Positions 37,385 through 47,105 are shown, numbered from the stretch's first letter. The stretch: 64,000 nucleotides of DNA from an uncultured virus (IMG/VR IMGVR_UViG_2687453388_000001) (IMGVR_UViG_2687453388_000001); one strand, 5' to 3'. The notes: generated by a model not told the origin, from the letters alone. Made by a program: numbers and translations.

Positions 37385-39340
37385 TCAGTCTTTTTGATAG
37401 AAGAGACACTCGTATCCATCAGCTCTGAGGTTAATATCAGGCATCCAGTATGGTGCTTTTCCCATCAAAGTTGCGATTTGCTCAAGATTTTGGCTCTGGT
37501 CACACTCAATGATGATTTCATCATGCACATGTCCTACAATTCTGAAGTCTTTCAGTTGTTTCATAGAGTAAGCGAGTATGTCTCGACTTATAGCTTGAAT
37601 AATATTCTCGACAAATTTTGGACCATAGCTTTCAAGTCTCTCCCAACGTTTAGCAGTTCCTGTACCTTCGTAGGTGACGGACTCTCCACCAAATTGGTTT
37701 TCTCCCATTTTAGGTTTGACATAGGCGAGTTTGCGTCCAGAAGGAAGAGTAATAAATAACATCCCTTTTCTTACTTTGAATTGAATACCATGGGTTTCAG
37801 TTTGCTTTTGGTATTTTATTGCAGTCTTTACAGCTTTATCAACATCCCACCAAAAGAGTACGATGTTTGGGTTGGCTTGTCTCCACGAGTCCACAAGAGG
37901 CTGCAGCTCCTGTTCATCAAGCCCCATGTCAATAGCCCCCATGGCTTTAAGTGCCCCGACTGCTCCGCCATAGCCACAGGCCAACTCTGCAATTTTCCCT
38001 TTCTGACGCAAGTCTGCGTTACGTCCATGTTTCTCAACAGGCACTCCAAACATCTGGCTAGCTGACATACAGTAGATGTCCTTGCCTTGTTCAAAGACCA
38101 TGCTTCGCCATTTTTCGCCAGCTAGGTGAGATAATACTCGCGCTTCTATGGCAGAAAAGTCACAGACGATAAACTTTTTCCCATCACTAGGTACAAAAGC
38201 AGTACGGATGAGTTGAGATAGGGTATCTTGCGTACCATAGAGGAGATCAGTTGCCTCTAAGTCACCAGTTTTGAAGAGGTCTCTAGCCTCTTTAAGGTCA
38301 GGAAGATGGTTCTGTGGGAGGTTCTGAAGTTGTACCAATCGCCCAGCCCAACGACCCGTTCGATTTGCTCCGTAGAATTGGAACATCCCTCTAGCTCGAC
38401 CATCCAAACAAACACAGTTCACCATAGCTTGGTATTTAGAAACGCTAGATTTAGCCGCCTGTTGTCTTAACTTTAGGACTTTAGTTGTCTTTGCATCGAC
38501 TACCTTTAATAGCTCTTTGACAGCTTTCTTATCAAGAGAATTAGTCGTTACTCCGTGTTCTCGTAGCCAGCCAATCATTTGAAGAACAGAGTTGGGATTT
38601 TCAAGCCCAGTAAGTTCTTTAAGTTCCTCTTGAATTTTAGATTTGCTTTCCTCGTCAATGGTAATAGCTGCTTTGACAAAGTCTACATCAATACCAATCC
38701 CACTATCATTGATATTTTGGTCTTGATGATACTCTTCCCAAAGAAAGTCAGGAACAGGGTGGTTACGGAGTTTATTTTTGATGGCTAACTCAACCTCAAC
38801 GTCACGCTTGTTGTAGTTGATAAAGGCTGCCCACTTATCAGGTGCGTGATGAGGGAAGTTTCGTTTTCGTCCACCATTAATTTTGGTAGGTTTGTAGGGC
38901 AGGCAGAAGTAACGAATCACATCCCCGCCTTCTTTTAACTTCTGTTCTTTGAGTTTTAGAACTGTTCCGACTCCTTCAAGGGAGAGTGGAAGTCCAAGAT
39001 ATGCTGACCAAACTATGCTACAACGCCATGAGTTTGGAGACAGAAAGCCCTCGGACAATAATTTTGGATGATGTTTCTTTAGCCAGTTAGACAGACAGAT
39101 GCGTTCAAATGAGGCATTAAAAGCCCACTTAATAATGGAGTCATTCACCAATGCTTGTAGGATTTGATCAGGAAGATTTTCTTTAGTTAGGTCATAAACT
39201 GTTACTGGACCATTGTCAACAGAGACTGCTAAGAGAAGGATTTCAAAAGAATCATCTTCTGCGTAGCTATAAACACCAGACTTTCTCAAATCTACCTCAC
39301 AGTAGGTCTCTAAGTCGATGGATAGTTCTTTTATTAGCAT
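37385..39340 (-). CDS. Phage family-A DNA polymerase
   Basis: Exonuclease DLET; motif A DFSAIEAR; motif B RQKGKIAELACGYG; motif C HVHDE; RBS AAAGGA before MLIKEL. Confidence 0.93.
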   Translation of the reverse strand: MLIKELSIDLETYCEVDLRKSGVYSYAEDDSFEILLLAVSVDNGPVTVYDLTKENLPDQILQALVNDSIIKWAFNASFERICLSNWLKKHHPKLLSEGFLSPNSWRCSIVWSAYLGLPLSLEGVGTVLKLKEQKLKEGGDVIRYFCLPYKPTKINGGRKRNFPHHAPDKWAAFINYNKRDVEVELAIKNKLRNHPVPDFLWEEYHQDQNINDSGIGIDVDFVKAAITIDEESKSKIQEELKELTGLENPNSVLQMIGWLREHGVTTNSLDKKAVKELLKVVDAKTTKVLKLRQQAAKSSVSKYQAMVNCVCLDGRARGMFQFYGANRTGRWAGRLVQLQNLPQNHLPDLKEARDLFKTGDLEATDLLYGTQDTLSQLIRTAFVPSDGKKFIVCDFSAIEARVLSHLAGEKWRSMVFEQGKDIYCMSASQMFGVPVEKHGRNADLRQKGKIAELACGYGGAVGALKAMGAIDMGLDEQELQPLVDSWRQANPNIVLFWWDVDKAVKTAIKYQKQTETHGIQFKVRKGMLFITLPSGRKLAYVKPKMGENQFGGESVTYEGTGTAKRWERLESYGPKFVENIIQAISRDILAYSMKQLKDFRIVGHVHDEIIIECDQSQNLEQIATLMGKAPYWMPDINLRADGYECLFYQKD

Positions 39341-39389
39341 AGCTTGTCCTTTCATAAAAAGGTGGCAGGAGTGGCTGCCACCGGAGGTG

Positions 39390-39554
39390 TTATCGGCTAC
39401 GATGTAGCGGTGTTGTGTTGTTGCTATGATGTTTCTTTTCAGCCTTACGTTCTTTTTCACGACGAATATCATCACGGATGGTCATGTAGTTGAGGTACAG
39501 ACCAAAGAATAGGTAAATGCCAATAAGTGAGTAAAAGAAAATTGTTTCAAACAT
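39390..39554 (-). CDS. 54-aa single-TM protein (absent from the ORF track)
   Basis: RBS GGAGGA; MFETIFFYSLIGIYLFFGLYLNYMTIRDDIRREKERKAEKKHHSNNTTPLHRSR. Confidence 0.65.
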   Translation of the reverse strand: MFETIFFYSLIGIYLFFGLYLNYMTIRDDIRREKERKAEKKHHSNNTTPLHRSR

Positions 39555-39570
39555 ATTTAGTCCTCCGTTC

Positions 39571-40134
39571 TTAGTTCAAGAAATCATCATCGTCATCAGT
39601 CGCAAAGTCGTCTTCAGCACGAGTACGTCCACCAAGTGGCTCTCCATCACGGAGTTTTTGCAAGTTATTCAAACCACAGGCGATACCCTTGTTACCGTTA
39701 GAGTTGAAGGCATAGAAGGAAATAGACGCACGGCCATAGATACCTGAGTAGAGTTCAGAAGTATCTATAATCTCTTGTCGATTAGCGTCCACAACCCCAG
39801 GCTTATGTGGTGAGTTGGCATTGACGAAGTAGGCATTGCGATAAGCTTCATCATCAGGACGCTCTAAGTCTCCATCACGAAGTGGAGTTTTAAGGATAGA
39901 AAGTGCTGGGACAGATTTTCCATTACCTTTGAGTTTGGACTCGCCTTCCTTGTAGGCAAGCTCAATGGCTGCTTTGATTTTATCGACAGTTTCAATATCA
40001 TCCTTTGGAATGATAAGAGAGACGCTGTACTTTGGCGTGCTTCCGTTGATGGACTTAGGTTCATTGGCATTCAAGTAGCTGAAGCGTGTGTTTTTACCAG
40101 TGATTACTTTTGTAGTTTGTACTTTAGTTGTCAT
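39571..40134 (-). CDS. DUF2815 family phage ssDNA-binding protein
   Basis: RFSY, KYSVSLIIPK, YSGIYGRASI, GLNNLQK; acidic tail DDDDDFLN. Confidence 0.88.
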   Translation of the reverse strand: MTTKVQTTKVITGKNTRFSYLNANEPKSINGSTPKYSVSLIIPKDDIETVDKIKAAIELAYKEGESKLKGNGKSVPALSILKTPLRDGDLERPDDEAYRNAYFVNANSPHKPGVVDANRQEIIDTSELYSGIYGRASISFYAFNSNGNKGIACGLNNLQKLRDGEPLGGRTRAEDDFATDDDDDFLN

Positions 40135-40138
40135 ACGT

Positions 40139-41260
40139 TTAATCCTCTTTAAATTCATTAGTAGCTAGGTTCAATTCTTGACGACTGTCGTCAAGAGGAA
40201 CGAGTGTTGGTTTACCGCTTTGTTTTACAATCAGACCACCAAGCAGGTCGTTAAAGGTTTTCTTGCCAAGGAGTTTAGTCATGGCAGTGATAGTTAGGAG
40301 TTTCTTTTCGTAAGGATCAAAGCCAGCATCCATCACAGCTTGACTGACGGCAGCTTCGTCTGAAAACTTACGAACTGAGCGTCCCTCTACTAATTTGTAG
40401 CCTGGAATGGAGTGTCCCTCAGTAGCTTCTTTCAAAGCATAGGCTTTGACATCGTTTGCCCATGAAACCAGTAAGTCCAGTTTAGGCAAAATCTCTGCAA
40501 TATCCTCATAGTCTAGAGTAGCAGGATCCGCAAACTCCATCTTGGCAAGTGCTAAATTATCCTCCGCACGTTTGCGACAGACATTCTTAATCTTGCAGAA
40601 CTGGCAGTGTTTACCAGATTTCAGTTCTCCCTCGCCTTTAAAGGCAAGTTCAGCTTTAGGTGAGAGCTGGTCTTCCGCCCATTCAAGCAGTTCAGCCTTA
40701 TCCATTTCAAAGGTAGAGATATTGTTCTTCCGTGGTTGAAAGATAGTCATGGTGACATTATCAAAATCATAGATTCCATCGAACATCTCAAGAGCACCTA
40801 GGGCATAGCACATCATTTGTGGGTTGTGGTCGGCATCGACCAGAATGCCCAAACCGTGCTTGTAGTCGATCACTTGAAGAAGTCCATCTGCCACAATCAG
40901 ACAGTCGCCAGTACCGAACCCTTCAGGTACCCATTTGGAGAAGTCCAAACGTTGCTCGATAAGTACTGTTGGGTCATGAGAGTAGTCTTTAGCTTTCTCG
41001 ACCTGTTCCATGACGTAGTTGCGATATTCCTCGGCACAATTTTGCATCTCTTCATTGTAGAAGGACAGATCCTCAGTTGGATCACGCGCCTTTCTGCCTA
41101 GTGCCTTCTCAACAAGGTAAGCACAGAGCTCGTGAGCGTCAGTTCCCTCAAGGGCAAATTCAGAAGTAACATCTGGCATGTCCTCGGTTAAGCGAACAGA
41201 AGGCGGACAGTTGAGCCAGCGATGGGATGCGGAAGCAGATAGGACAGCATGGTTAGTCAT
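40139..41260 (-). CDS. DUF2800 family PD-(D/E)xK (Cas4-like) nuclease
   Basis: HAVLSASASHRWLNCPPS, GTGD, IDYKHG, QMMCYA, HCQFC. Confidence 0.88.
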   Translation of the reverse strand: MTNHAVLSASASHRWLNCPPSVRLTEDMPDVTSEFALEGTDAHELCAYLVEKALGRKARDPTEDLSFYNEEMQNCAEEYRNYVMEQVEKAKDYSHDPTVLIEQRLDFSKWVPEGFGTGDCLIVADGLLQVIDYKHGLGILVDADHNPQMMCYALGALEMFDGIYDFDNVTMTIFQPRKNNISTFEMDKAELLEWAEDQLSPKAELAFKGEGELKSGKHCQFCKIKNVCRKRAEDNLALAKMEFADPATLDYEDIAEILPKLDLLVSWANDVKAYALKEATEGHSIPGYKLVEGRSVRKFSDEAAVSQAVMDAGFDPYEKKLLTITAMTKLLGKKTFNDLLGGLIVKQSGKPTLVPLDDSRQELNLATNEFKED

Positions 41261-41576
41261 GGCCAATTCCTCCAGCTTCTTCAAGAACCGCTGCGTAGTG
41301 CTCAGTTGCTAAGGCTGATAGGGATTCTGCACCATATTTATTGAGAAGAGCACGAACTTCGTTCTTGTAGCCATCTTTGGCTTTTGTCGCAAGGACGGAA
41401 CGAACGTCTTCGAGTTTGAGTTCCTTTTGTGGTTTATGTTTTGGTTCTTTTGAAGTTGTTGTAGTTTCTTCCTCAGTAGAGAGGATCTTCTTGAACTCAT
41501 CTACTAAGCGAAGATAGTATTTGGCTGTGCCTTCCATTTCATTAATCAGTTCATTCAGTTGTTTCATTTTGCTCAT
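41253..41576 (-). CDS. Conserved phage hypothetical protein
   Basis: LEDVRSVLA...LLNKYGA...LS motif typical of the gene preceding DUF2800. Confidence 0.7.
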   Translation of the reverse strand: MSKMKQLNELINEMEGTAKYYLRLVDEFKKILSTEEETTTTSKEPKHKPQKELKLEDVRSVLATKAKDGYKNEVRALLNKYGAESLSALATEHYAAVLEEAGGIGHD

Positions 41577-41685
41577 GTTGTCTTTCCTCCGTAATTTTCC
41601 GAGCGAGTAGTTTTGAGATAACGCTGATGGCTATGAGGGTATCAGCCACATCATCATCAGGTTCGATGTATGGTTCGTTTGCCAT
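41551..41685 (-). CDS. 44-aa phage protein
   Basis: RBS AGGAGG before MANEPY. Confidence 0.6.
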   Translation of the reverse strand: MANEPYIEPDDDVADTLIAISVISKLLARKITEERQHEQNETTE

Positions 41686-41700
41686 ATTGGGTCCTCCTAT

Positions 41701-41923
41701 CTTACTAAGTAAGGTTTTGAGTGGATTTTCCACTTTGGAAGAGATTTTTTTATTTTTTATCTCTTACACCATACTAAGTAGGGTTGAGATAAATTTTTCC
41801 GCCTGATAAGAAAAAATTTGCTCATCAAAAAAAGTTTCCTGTGCATTTAATAGGAAACTTTTATTTTTTTAGAAAAAATTTTCTGTTAGTGCGGAAAATC
41901 CTGTCGGATTCTTACTTAGTAAG
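41701..41923. promoter_or_regulatory. Divergent control region with three GYGGAAAA-N14-TACTTAGTA motifs
   Basis: Minus strand 41701-41733 and 41770-41802; plus strand 41891-41923; central inverted repeat AAAAGTTTCCT/AGGAAACTTTT at 41830-41862. Confidence 0.75.
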
Positions 41924-41972
41924 TTAGGAAGAGTAATTCCTAATTCAACAACGAAAGATGGAGGCATGATGC

Positions 41973-44252
41973 ATGCAATTTACCTTATCTCATTCAGGGC
42001 AATCTGGTGTTCAAACAACAACGGTCTACCCGCACCAAGTGACAATCACGGATGAAACTAGTCTAAAACGTATTGCTCAGTACGACCATGTGGCAGGATT
42101 GTTTTCCAATAACACTCGATCGAACGCTAATTTCCTTAAGTCAGATGTATTAGTCATGGATATTGATAATGACCATACAGAAAATCATGATGATTGGATT
42201 ACAGAGGAATACCTAAAAATACTGTTTTCGGATTACCATTTTGCTTTGGTTACAAGTCGAAACCACATGGTTCAAAAAGGCAGTAAGGTAGCAAGACCTA
42301 AATTCCATATTTATTTCCAGATCAATGAAGTCAGTGATAAAGATGCCTATGCCTTTCTAAAAGAAGAGATGACGAATCGGTATAACTTCTTTGATACGAA
42401 CGCCAAAGATGCAGCACGTTTCTTTTTTGGTAATCCCAATGCACAAGTTTTATGGAATGACTCATGGCTAACTATAGATGCTGATTTATTGGATTCATCA
42501 TTTGATGATGAAGAAGATTTCGATGCAGATTTCTATCAACCACCAACAGGACCAATCACAGAAGGTAGTCGGAACTCAACCATGTCGGTTTTTGCGGCGA
42601 AAATCCTTAAGCGATTAGGTGTAACAAAAGAAGCACGAGACGGCTTTGATGAACAAGCTCTCAAATGTGTTCCCCCTCTTGAGAAAGCAGAGCTTGATAC
42701 CATTTGGGGCAGTGCTGTTCGCTTCTATAACAAAACCATCAAAAACTCAAAAGATTATAAATCTCCAGAAGAGTTTCAACGTGGGGAGATGCAACCAGAT
42801 GATTATTCAGATATCGGAGAAGCAGGTCTTCTCGCTAGAGAGTTTGGTGACAAGATTGCCTTTACTAGGGAAACAGACTACCTCGCTTACGATGGTAAGC
42901 ACTGGGTGGAAGATGAGCAGTTAGCCATGCGTCAAATTCATCAGTTCCTTGATATGCAGCTAGAAGTTGCAGTAACCAAGCTTAATAATGCCACTCAAAA
43001 ACTGAAGCAATCTGGTATTCCTGAAATGCTAATCCAACAAGGTGGTAAAAAGCTAGAAAATGCGATTGAGACACCAATTCAACTGGTTGCTTATCAGGAC
43101 TATAAGAAAGCATTCGAGTTTTATAAGTTTGTTATGAAATACCGTGACTATCGAAATTTATCAGCAATCGCCAAAATGGCCAAACATATGGTTCGCATGA
43201 GTGTGTCTGATTTAGATAAGAATGAACTCTTACTGAATACTCCAGAGGCGACTATTGATTTATCACAAGGCTTGTCTGGTATTAGGGAACATGATTCTGC
43301 TGATTACTTAACCAAAATGACCAATGCCTCTCCGAGTGATAAGGGAGATGGTCTGTGGCAGGAGACCCTTGCGACCTTCTTTTGTGATGATACAGATCTT
43401 ATCAATTATGTTCAAGAGATTGTAGGCATGGCTGCTATTGGTAAAGTTTATCAAGAGCATATGATTATTGCCTACGGTAGCGGTGCAAACGGCAAGTCTA
43501 CCTTTTGGAACACCATTGCAAGAGTTCTTGGTAACTATTCAGGAAAACTCTCGGCTGAAGCTCTGACCATGAGTGTGAGACGGAATGTCAGTCCAGAAAT
43601 GGCTGAACTTAAAGGGAAACGTCTTATCATTGCTTCAGAGATGAGTGAGGGAATGCGATTGAATACAGCCATGGTTAAACAGCTCTGTTCGACAGATGAA
43701 ATTTTAGCTGAGAAAAAGTACAAGGCACCTTTCCATTTTGTCCCATCACATACGCTGGTTCTTTACACTAACCACCTGCCTAAAGTAGGTGCGAACGATG
43801 ATGGGATTTGGAGACGACTGATTGTCATTCCTTTTAATGCCAAAATCACTGGTCGGTCAGACATCAAAAACTTTGCGGACTACCTTTACGACGAAGCAGC
43901 ACCAGCTATCATGTCTTGGATTATTGAGGGAGCAGAAAAAGCCATCAAAGCAAACTTCAAATTGATCTTGCCACAAGTAGTTGCGGACTCTGTCTCAGCT
44001 TATCGAGAAGCCAATGACTGGATGGGTCAATTCCTTGGAGATTGTTGTGAAATCGGTGACCACTTGACTGAGAAATCAGGAGAACTTTACTCTGCTTATC
44101 GAGCTCACTGTGCTCGTATCAATGAGTACACGCGCAGCACGACGGACTTTTATACAGCTTTGGCAAACGCTGGATTCACCAAGAAAAGAACTAATAAGGG
44201 TGTCATGGTAAAAGGTCTACAGTTGAAATTAGAAGATGATTTTCTTGATTAA
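41973..44252 (+). CDS. P4-family primase-helicase (primase, PriCT, D5/SF3 helicase)
   Basis: DIDND, HIYF, GSRNSTM, Walker A GSGANGKST, TNHLP. Confidence 0.92.
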   Translation: MQFTLSHSGQSGVQTTTVYPHQVTITDETSLKRIAQYDHVAGLFSNNTRSNANFLKSDVLVMDIDNDHTENHDDWITEEYLKILFSDYHFALVTSRNHMVQKGSKVARPKFHIYFQINEVSDKDAYAFLKEEMTNRYNFFDTNAKDAARFFFGNPNAQVLWNDSWLTIDADLLDSSFDDEEDFDADFYQPPTGPITEGSRNSTMSVFAAKILKRLGVTKEARDGFDEQALKCVPPLEKAELDTIWGSAVRFYNKTIKNSKDYKSPEEFQRGEMQPDDYSDIGEAGLLAREFGDKIAFTRETDYLAYDGKHWVEDEQLAMRQIHQFLDMQLEVAVTKLNNATQKLKQSGIPEMLIQQGGKKLENAIETPIQLVAYQDYKKAFEFYKFVMKYRDYRNLSAIAKMAKHMVRMSVSDLDKNELLLNTPEATIDLSQGLSGIREHDSADYLTKMTNASPSDKGDGLWQETLATFFCDDTDLINYVQEIVGMAAIGKVYQEHMIIAYGSGANGKSTFWNTIARVLGNYSGKLSAEALTMSVRRNVSPEMAELKGKRLIIASEMSEGMRLNTAMVKQLCSTDEILAEKKYKAPFHFVPSHTLVLYTNHLPKVGANDDGIWRRLIVIPFNAKITGRSDIKNFADYLYDEAAPAIMSWIIEGAEKAIKANFKLILPQVVADSVSAYREANDWMGQFLGDCCEIGDHLTEKSGELYSAYRAHCARINEYTRSTTDFYTALANAGFTKKRTNKGVMVKGLQLKLEDDFLD

Positions 44253-44254
44253 CC

Positions 44255-44570
44255 GTGAAAATCAGTGAAAGTTGCTTTTATCATCAGAGGGTGTTGGTGT
44301 AAGCCGTGATAGTCAAGTCACAACTTAAATCTTTGAAACACGGAGAGTTATTATTCGTTGGTAGTGAGAAGAGTTTAGACAAAACTATCACGACTTTCAC
44401 GGGTCTTAAAAAGTGCAAGTCGAGAAGGTCATATACAAAAGTTGTCATAGGGGATTTCAAAGTGCAGGTTTAGTAGGTCTTTTCTATAACTTAGATATAA
44501 AGAAAAATAAAAAAAGATAAAAAGAGGTATAGGAAAGTAATGTAACTGACTAGCGTGAACTGCACTTTTC
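44255..44570. other. Probable phage replication origin (iterons flanking an A-rich tract)
   Basis: AAAGTGCA..T......GGTC repeats at 44410 and 44459; inverted copy at 44548-44568; A-rich tract 44495-44525. Confidence 0.55.
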
Positions 44571-44602
44571 CTTTGGCGATGTTTCTGACGGAAGGATTGG
44601 GT

Positions 44603-44884
44603 ATGCGTGAAAAAATTGTTGAACAGAAGTTAGTGAGTGAAGTGAAAAAGCGTGGTGGGGTTTGTCCCAAATGGGTGTCGCCTTCGTTTGGCGGTGTGCC
44701 AGACAGGTTGGTGTTTTTACCCAAGGGTAAGTTTGGCATGGTGGAAGTAAAAGCCCCTGGTGGAAAGCCACGTTTACTACAAGTGACAAGGCACAAGATG
44801 TTTGACGGATTGGGTTTCAAGGTACATGTGCTAGATAGTGTTGAGAAGATTGGAGAAGTGCTAGATGAAATTGAGTTTACATGA
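44603..44884 (+). CDS. VRR-NUC domain nuclease
   Basis: MREKIVE...GVPDRL...VEVKAPG. Confidence 0.88.
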   Translation: MREKIVEQKLVSEVKKRGGVCPKWVSPSFGGVPDRLVFLPKGKFGMVEVKAPGGKPRLLQVTRHKMFDGLGFKVHVLDSVEKIGEVLDEIEFT

Positions 44885-46241
44885 TTATCAAGAAGTCACC
44901 AAGGACTTTATCATAAGGACACCTTATGCGGCAGTCATCCTAGACATGGGGATGGGAAAGACTGCCACAACCTTATCAGCCATCAACGAGCTGATGTTTG
45001 ACCGTTACGAGGTCTCAAAGGTCTTGGTGATTGCGCCCCTTCGTGTCGCAAACACGGTGTGGAGTGATGAGATTGAGCAGTGGGAGGAACTAAGACACCT
45101 CCGTTATGCCAAGATTGTGGGAACACCAAAACAAAGGCGAGCTGCCCTTGAGCAAGATGCGGATATCTACATCGTCAACCGTGAAAACCTCCCCTGGCTG
45201 GTGGAACAATGTAGTCCCTATTTCAAGTGGGATATGGTAGTTATTGATGAGCTATCGTCCTTCAAGTCTTGGCAGTCCAAACGTTTCAAGGCATTCATGG
45301 TCATGCGTCCCTACATGAAGCGTGTCGTGGGATTGACTGGCACACCGAGTTCAAATGGGCTTATGGACTTGTTCGCAGAGTTCAAGGTCATTGATGGTGG
45401 CGAGCGTCTGGGGCGATTCATCGGAGAGTATCGTAGTCGCTACTTCCGTGAGGGAGCTCGCAATGGTCAGGTGGTTTATAACTACCTCCCTATGGATTAT
45501 GCGGAGTGCCAAATCTATGACAAGATTGACGACATCACCATTTCCATGAAAGCTATGGATTATCTTGAGATGCCAGAACTGATTTCGACCAAGAAGGTGG
45601 TTCATCTCACTGACAAAGAAAAATCTGATTATAAGCAGTTCAAGAAAGATTACGTACTTGCAGACCTTGAGAATGGCGAGGTGACTGCTGCCAATGCGGC
45701 AAGCCTTTCAAACAAGTTGCTACAAATGGCAAATGGTGCGGTTTACTCAAACGACCATCAAGTGGTGAGCCTACATGACCAAAAACTGGATGCTCTGGAA
45801 GATATCATCGAAGCTGCCAATGGTGAGCCAGTTCTTGTGGCCTATTGGTTCAAACATGATGTTCAGCGTATTGAGGAACGTTTGGTAAAGCTCAAGGTTA
45901 AGGGCACAATCCTTAAAACTGAGGAGGATATTCGTGAGTGGAATAAAGGGAAAATTTCTGTCGGCTTATTACATCCAGCAAGTGCTGGACATGGTTTGAA
46001 CTTGCAAAAGGGTGGTCATCACTTGGTATGGTTTGGTTTGATTTGGTCCTTGGAGTTGTACCAACAAACCAACGCTCGTCTGTGGCGACAAGGGCAACAA
46101 GCAGATACTGTGGTCATCCAGCACATTGTAACGCAAGGAACTATTGACGAGGAAATCCTCAAAGCACTGGAAAGCAAAGACGCCCAGCAGTCACGGCTGA
46201 TTGAAGCCGTCAAAGCACAAGTAGGAGGAATGAATGGATAG
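44865..46241 (+). CDS. SNF2-like helicase
   Basis: DMGMGKT, IDELS, LTGTP, GHGLNLQ, QTNARLWRQGQ. Confidence 0.92.
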   Translation: MKLSLHDYQEVTKDFIIRTPYAAVILDMGMGKTATTLSAINELMFDRYEVSKVLVIAPLRVANTVWSDEIEQWEELRHLRYAKIVGTPKQRRAALEQDADIYIVNRENLPWLVEQCSPYFKWDMVVIDELSSFKSWQSKRFKAFMVMRPYMKRVVGLTGTPSSNGLMDLFAEFKVIDGGERLGRFIGEYRSRYFREGARNGQVVYNYLPMDYAECQIYDKIDDITISMKAMDYLEMPELISTKKVVHLTDKEKSDYKQFKKDYVLADLENGEVTAANAASLSNKLLQMANGAVYSNDHQVVSLHDQKLDALEDIIEAANGEPVLVAYWFKHDVQRIEERLVKLKVKGTILKTEEDIREWNKGKISVGLLHPASAGHGLNLQKGGHHLVWFGLIWSLELYQQTNARLWRQGQQADTVVIQHIVTQGTIDEEILKALESKDAQQSRLIEAVKAQVGGMNG

Positions 46242-46743
46242 AATTGAGTATTTGATGAAAAACTATAGCGATGTGAAGTTGAAGCTTGCATTGGTGGAAA
46301 ATCAACTTCTAAACTTTCGTCCCATTAGCGAGGAGAGTGTGATTCAGTCATTGGTTTATGAAAAACCAGATATGGAGAGGGTAAAGACTTCTCAGATCAA
46401 TTCACGTTCAGAGACTATTGCTCTCAGTTTCAGAGAAAAATTGGAAAAAGAAAACAAGGAATATTGGGATAGTTTGATGGAGTGCTATCATTTTCTAAAG
46501 ACTGAACTCGAGTTCTTTGAAAGTATGGTCAACCTTATACCAGATGACTTGAAGCAGTTTTCGAAGGACTTGATTTTCAATGAGATGAGCTGGGACGATA
46601 TATCTAGCCACTATGAGATTAGTCGTTCCACAATTTCTTACCGTAAACGTAAGGTGCATCAGCAACTAAAGAAATGTTATGGTTGGATGAGTAGGAGTAT
46701 TGATCTTGATGAATCAGCGTTTCAAATTCCTCTTTCGAACTAA
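46234..46743 (+). CDS. Probable late transcriptional activator (RinA/ArpU-like)
   Basis: C-terminal HTH MSWDDISSHYEISRSTISYRKRK; last gene of the replication operon. Confidence 0.6.
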   Translation: MDRIEYLMKNYSDVKLKLALVENQLLNFRPISEESVIQSLVYEKPDMERVKTSQINSRSETIALSFREKLEKENKEYWDSLMECYHFLKTELEFFESMVNLIPDDLKQFSKDLIFNEMSWDDISSHYEISRSTISYRKRKVHQQLKKCYGWMSRSIDLDESAFQIPLSN

Positions 46744-46812
46744 TTTCGAACTGTTTTCGAACCAAATTTGTACCAAATTCGAACTGTTTTTATTTTGAGA
46801 CTGTGCTATACT
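46734..46812 (+). promoter_or_regulatory. Five 11-bp-phased TTCGAAC repeats plus extended -10 (candidate late promoter)
   Basis: Repeats at 46734, 46745, 46756, 46767 (degenerate) and 46778; TGTGcTATACT at 46802-46812. Confidence 0.65.
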
Positions 46813-46849
46813 TAAGATGTCAAAAAAGATAAAAATTTTCCCAGTAATG

Positions 46850-46880
46850 ACTGGATAACCTTCCGCTTGTACGGTAATAT
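46850..46880 (+). promoter_or_regulatory. Promoter motif ACTGGATA-N12-TACGGTAATAT, copy 1
   Basis: TGGATA-17 nt-TAATAT; second copy at 51794-51824. Confidence 0.65.
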
Positions 46881-46910
46881 ACAGCTACAAAAACAAGAGG
46901 AGAACCTATC

Positions 46911-47105
46911 ATGAAAACGAAATTGACAAAACGCCAACAAGAAAAACTCAACGCTCTTTTAACAGCGATTGCTCAAGAAGAACTTTTGGTTGAAACCTTG
47001 GAAACACGAAAAAGTGATAACCTAGATTTCTACGATGTTTCGGTTTGGGGAGTTAAAAGAGCACTCGAGAGAGCCTACGAAGCAGGCCAACAATCAGTAA
47101 AATAA
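46911..47105 (+). CDS. Small phage protein (DUF6900-like)
   Basis: ETLETRKSDNLDFYDVSVWGVKRALERAYEAG; RBS GAGGAG; own terminator at 47109-47138. Confidence 0.75.
   Translation: MKTKLTKRQQEKLNALLTAIAQEELLVETLETRKSDNLDFYDVSVWGVKRALERAYEAGQQSVK

Noticed and set aside
39341..39475. N-terminal extension of the polymerase in the ORF track (similar extensions for several other ORFs)
   Set aside because: RBS and family-typical N-terminus support the start at 39340; the extension overlaps a hairpin and a small ORF
40139..41260. Cas4 as part of a CRISPR-Cas system
   Set aside because: Stand-alone nuclease in a phage replication operon; no cas1, cas2 or array in the window
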